Source: an uncultured virus (IMG/VR IMGVR_UViG_3300042691_022988) (taxonomy: Duplodnaviria > Heunggongvirae > Uroviricota > Caudoviricetes). Taken from it: 64,000 nucleotides of DNA. Position numbers and translations under genes: made by a program. Within the stretch, counting starts at the first letter, position 1. Each line of letters begins with the position of its first letter. Positions 59,529 to 64,000 of this stretch are shown piece after piece. Below the pieces are notes generated by a model. That model searched no databases and was not told where the DNA came from. It worked only from the letters and a program-made list of their open reading frames with translations. The stretch is from the IMG/VR virus record IMGVR_UViG_3300042691_022988. One strand, given 5' to 3'.

Positions 59529-61127
59529 ATGTTACACAACGAGCATCTAAGCAAGGCGGATGAACTATACGAGGTTCGCCACGACAACAACGGCAACGCT
59601 ATCCATGTATTCATCAAGGACGGCGAGGCAATCATCTTTCAGAACCTGCATGACTTTGTCATGAGAATCTATTACGGCAAAGAGGTCGAGCGATTCTACC
59701 TCAGCGAAGAGGAACTGACCGATATGTACAATAGCAACGATTACGAGTATTACGAACTAAAATCAAAATACAGCCATGAGTAACATTGAAAGATTCGCAC
59801 GCATATGCAGTGCAACCAACGAGGGCATGAATGAGGGCTTCCTGTTCGAAGAGAGCCTCATGTACTTCATCGAGAAGGACGATGCCGAACGCTACGCCAT
59901 CGAGATTGGCTACGCTGACCTTGACGAGGCATACGACGACGATGCCTACTGCTACACGGAGTGGGATTGGGAAGACGAGGGTGAGTGGTACGAGAAGCAC
60001 GACGGAGTATGGTACGAATGTACCAACGACAGCAAGGTCGAAGTTAACATGAACAGCAACCTATTTTGGAAACAATAACATGAAGACAAAGCAAATCGTC
60101 GACGCGTACGTTAACGCTATCAACTCCGGAATTTGGGACTATCCCAATGGCCACGAGTTCAACAGCCCTGCTGAAATCTACAAGCTAGTGTGCGAGGGTA
60201 AAACAATCTACCACTTCGGACGCGAGGCCGTGATACACTACGGCTCGATGACGGGTGCGCTGATGGCATTCGGTGGCATCGGGTACACTTCGCAGTCAAC
60301 TCGCAAGGCAATTAGAACAGCAGTATTGTATGCTCAGAAAGTAAGTCAAACCAATAACAACTAAGCAATATGGACAACATCAAAATCACAGCAGACGGCT
60401 TCGTGTGGCTCATCGTCACGGACGTAGCAGAGAAACTTTACTACAGCAATGCCATGCAGGTTTACCGCCTGTACGATGACGGCACAGAGGCTCTCATCCT
60501 TGACTTCAGAGAACTGCAAGATGCACTAGCAGCAGGCAACGACATCGGGGTCGAGATTGCCCCGTTATGGAAACTTGTAGATTCACATCATTATCAAGCA
60601 CTAAACAAATACAATCAATGACAACACAACAGCAACACATCATCAACTCGCTTGTAGCTGAGTTCGAACGAATCAACAATCCAAGACCAAATGGCTTCGC
60701 TCGTATAGGCGAGGCACTTGACAAGTGTGACGAATGGTCAACACTATTCGCGCAGGTTACAGCATCCAATGCCCGATATACATACCTCCGCGAGCAGATG
60801 ATTGAAACCGATTACAATCGACTTGTCGAAGAGTGTAGACTCGCTGGCCTTAATCTTCGCATTACCACAAACGATGACTACATCTATATTGATATGCAAG
60901 GCACATATCAGACTGACCATGCGATTAAAATCCACTATTGGTTTGATACGAAAATGCACATGAGTGCCGCACGACAATCAATTAACGAAGTCAAGTCAAT
61001 ACGCCTTCATTCGTATCAAGCCACATCGAATTTCAGCGACAGCTTCGCGTCCATCGATAGCTTGTTTCTACATGAAACATTCTTCCGCAATTGGACTAAG
61101 CTAATTGAACTCTCACGCAATAATTAA
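59529..61127 (+). CDS. five early hypothetical genes (59529-59783, 59776-60078, 60080-60364, 60370-60621, 60618-61127)
   Basis: tightly packed co-oriented ORFs with A/C-rich leaders. Confidence 0.65.
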
Positions 61128-61302
61128 ACACAACACACAACAACGCAAATGAAACACTTCAGTATATACCGAAACATCCCTTTCTTAGACTGCAAGGGAT
61201 TAGGCTTCCATTACCAACGAATAGGCAACAGGTATTGGATAGACGTACCATTCATAAGTATCACATTTAAAATTATAAATAACAAATAAACACAACAACG
61301 AA

Positions 61303-61533
61303 ATGAAAATCTTATTCTTCGCGGCCATGATGGTCGCACAGCACTGCGCGGACACGCGCTTCAAAGAAATGCAAGACGACGGCACAATCGTGTACGAAGG
61401 GGAGGACGAGGACACAGGCAGAGCGATGTTCACTATCATTCTTCCTGACACGACCATCCACTACGCTTACGAGGCCGAGGTCAAGCAGTTCATCAAAACC
61501 GGAAATTTCACCTATAACGACCAATTACAATGA
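61303..61533 (+). CDS. small secreted or lipoprotein-like protein
   Basis: MKILFFAAMMVAQHC signal-like start. Confidence 0.55.
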   Translation: MKILFFAAMMVAQHCADTRFKEMQDDGTIVYEGEDEDTGRAMFTIILPDTTIHYAYEAEVKQFIKTGNFTYNDQLQ

Positions 61534-61715
61534 AGCACACACTTCGAATTGAGCCACTCCTTTGGCTCGCCTACATCGCTGCAATCATTACAGCAGCCGT
61601 ACTCATGAGTTCATGCAGTACCTCACGTCGAAACAACTACCAAGACCATCTCCGATCGACCCCGACTGAAAACTGGGTGCGCCACGATAATGGTGGATGT
61701 GGTTGGCACAACTAA
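61530..61715 (+). CDS. small lipoprotein
   Basis: hydrophobic segment ending in lipobox-like LMSSC. Confidence 0.6.
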   Translation: MKHTLRIEPLLWLAYIAAIITAAVLMSSCSTSRRNNYQDHLRSTPTENWVRHDNGGCGWHN

Positions 61716-61759
61716 CATGGCTATGGAGCAAGCAGGGGTTCGAGTCCCCTGCCATGTTC
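61714..61759 (+). ncRNA. tRNA-like acceptor/T-arm minihelix
   Basis: AACATGGC/GCCATGTT stem; AGGGG-TTCGAGT-CCCCT T-arm; 12-nt linker containing TGG. Confidence 0.65.
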
Positions 61760-61790
61760 TCTGCTCACAGCAGGCTCGTAATGCAACGAG

Positions 61791-61827
61791 AGGAGGGGAG
61801 CGGCAACGGCTGCACCCTCCTTATTTT
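61791..61827 (+). terminator. probable terminator
   Basis: AGGAGGG...CCCTCCT then TATTTT; new TACTTTTG element at 61863. Confidence 0.5.
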
Positions 61828-61892
61828 AACATCTCTTAACAAGTGTAATTTAAACTTTAATATACTTTTGTACCACTTAAAACAACAGCAAC

Positions 61893-62147
61893 ATGACGCA
61901 AGAGCAAATCAAACGCAGGCTTTTATTCATCATCGATGACGCGAGCCGTTTACTTCACCACCTAGAGTCAGGCAAGGACATGAGCGAATTCACGGGCTTT
62001 GCTGACGATGGGTATACACACCTGTCAAACATCCAAATCGCAGCAGACCTAGAGGACACGGAGTCTGACGTGTGGAAGAACGTACACTCCATGGATGCAG
62101 AAACCTTAGAACTTGTAACACTTAATTTTTCAAAAAGCAAAATATGA
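61893..62147 (+). CDS. early hypothetical protein
   Basis: ORF after the promoter element. Confidence 0.6.
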   Translation: MTQEQIKRRLLFIIDDASRLLHHLESGKDMSEFTGFADDGYTHLSNIQIAADLEDTESDVWKNVHSMDAETLELVTLNFSKSKI

Positions 62148-62623
62148 ACTTAGCACAATTTACAACGCAGATTGCGACCACGGGTGGCGCAACCTACAAC
62201 ATCGTAACAGGCGACAGCCCAACATCAGGCTACGCCGCATCAATGCAGGGACACGAGAAAGTCATCAAACTTCCTGATACATGGGATTCCATGTCGGGCA
62301 GCGACCGAGGGATGTACATCAAGCAGCACGTCCTTGACTTCATCGTAACCAACGGGACTCAGCTAGAGACCTCATGGGACTACATTGGAGCATGGACTCA
62401 TGAAGGCAACATCTACCTCGATGTGACCCGCGTGTTCAATGAACTCTACGATGCTGTCTTATTCGGCATCCTAAACAATCAGAAGGCCATCTACGATTTC
62501 AACCGAGATGAGTCAATCGAATTGCCCGAAGGTCAGACTCACGGCACAATGACTCAGGCCATGGACTACGCTAAGATGACAGCAACAGCAATCTCACATA
62601 AAATCCTTACAACAAATGAATAA
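62144..62623 (+). CDS. SAM lyase-like protein (T3 SAMase-like, putative)
   Basis: GGAT..GY..E; IGAW..IYLDV..A..G..NQKAIYDF pattern. Confidence 0.6.
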   Translation: MNLAQFTTQIATTGGATYNIVTGDSPTSGYAASMQGHEKVIKLPDTWDSMSGSDRGMYIKQHVLDFIVTNGTQLETSWDYIGAWTHEGNIYLDVTRVFNELYDAVLFGILNNQKAIYDFNRDESIELPEGQTHGTMTQAMDYAKMTATAISHKILTTNE

Positions 62624-63977
62624 CTCAAGCTACCACAACTTTAGCTTCGGCACGTTCGCCAAGCAAGTATCAAAGGATGCACCCCACTCGAAGGTTACGC
62701 TTCGGGTGGAGGCCGACAACGATGACGGATTCGTCAGCGTGTATGCATACGACCAATTCGGAGACTACCTCAATGCCTTCTCCTACATGGACAGGTTCGA
62801 GGTTGATGACGACATGAACCAAGCAATCGAAGAGTATCAACTAGACATCGAAACAACTAAGTAATATGAGCAACAATAAAGCAATTGCACACGTGCAAAA
62901 CCAAATCATGCTTTCATGGAAAGCCGTGATGAACTATGAGCAACAACTCCGCGACATCGGCCATGATGAAATCATCGAAGCCTGCATCGAGAATGAGAAG
63001 GAGAAGGTGTACATCTACACGACCATTCTCAATCAGCTAGAGACCTCAGTCAACCAAGCCAAGGCCATCCTCAAGGACGCTGGCTACTACGTTGACAACC
63101 TGTGGCACATCGATGACGTGAAGGGTCTGAAGGACATGAATGATGACGATGCATACGCCATCCTTGACACAATCCTGTCGGGCGACTACATCATAGAAGA
63201 TATCGCAAATTCAATTAACCAAGCAACTCAAACGCTATGACACACTACGCAAACTACGACGCATGGAAGTTGTCCAATCCCGATGACGATGGACACTACA
63301 CCGAGGATACCAAGGCTCGCATTGAAGAGCCAATCTATTTCAAGTACCAAATGAAATGGAACAGGAGACACCTTTACGGCATGATTACTACCTCAGGATA
63401 CGACATCAAGATATGGAATATCGGACGCATCAGGACGATAGACATTGACGAAATCGAAACCTATGTCGAGGACGTGTACAGCGAGATTGATAGAATCAAA
63501 TCTAACTACGAGAACTTCGAGTACATTTCTATGCAGGAGTTCTACGCAGAGTTCGAGCAGGTTCATAGCAAAACTCTAAAGATTGTACAAGATGCGACGA
63601 ATAATTGATTACATCGCATTCACACTGATGATGTGGTTCTTAAAAGACATTGACAAATGATATTAGACTATCGCACAGGTGACGACATCGTTGCCATTCG
63701 AGACCACTCTCAGGGTGTGTTCCTCAAGGGAGATGTGTTCACAGCTATTGCCATGCAAAGGAACAGCTGTGGATGCATCATCCTTGTGGATATAGGTTTG
63801 AATTCTGACAGGCCATTTACCATGTGCCCTGTATGCGAGATGAAGGATGAGAAGACCGACAAAATATGGTGGGTCGATGCCCGATCATTCCGGAGATTGC
63901 TTTCCCGATCGGAAGAGGCAGACCTCGCAGAAGTTCTAGAACAAGTGTTATCAGAGCCACTAATTAACACTAATTAA
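62616..63977 (+). CDS. four hypothetical genes (62616-62864, 62866-63240, 63237-63608, 63657-63977)
   Basis: coupled co-oriented ORFs; NYDAWKLSNP and CxC/CxxC motifs. Confidence 0.65.
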
Positions 63978-64000
63978 TGAGAGATTAGTTGAGAATCTAG

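Noticed and set aside
63621..63660. CTGATGA as a third hammerhead (also at ~58044)
   Set aside because: No stem II/GAAA/stem III arrangement follows, and both lie in reading frames.
1..64000. Stop-codon reassignment as in some crAss-like phages
   Set aside because: The standard code gives long intact ORFs at high density, and TAG and TGA both end genes.
1..64000. CRISPR array, integrase, reverse transcriptase/DGR
   Set aside because: No repeat-spacer array and no recognisable recombinase or RT motifs.

Overview
A 64 kb segment of a tailed Bacteroidota phage. The head/tail gene order resembles crAss-like podoviruses, and host-type TAnnTTTG promoters occur throughout. The minus strand (about 2.3-44.8 kb) carries GroES-like genes, terminase, portal, scaffold-like protein, major capsid, tail rings, tail stabilisation protein, ejection proteins (including a 2424-aa polyvalent protein), a ferritin, a tail fibre, lysis genes and a subtilase. 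The plus strand (45-53 kb) carries a replication module: initiator with iterons, primase-helicase, SSB-like protein and a DnaA-C-like HTH protein. Next come an operon of nine very basic small proteins (minus), a ~1 kb non-coding region with regularly spaced IHF-like palindromes, and an early-type region of small genes (57.9-64 kb; 1-1.5 kb looks similar). The most unusual signal is RNA in the early region: a ~400 nt structured RNA behind a promoter, two tRNA-like elements lacking a normal anticodon arm, and two type I hammerhead ribozymes, each between a stop codon and the next start codon. Several small promoter-terminator sRNA units lie elsewhere. No virion RNA polymerase, DNA polymerase, integrase or CRISPR array was recognised. 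All protein calls come from motif recognition by eye, not database searches.
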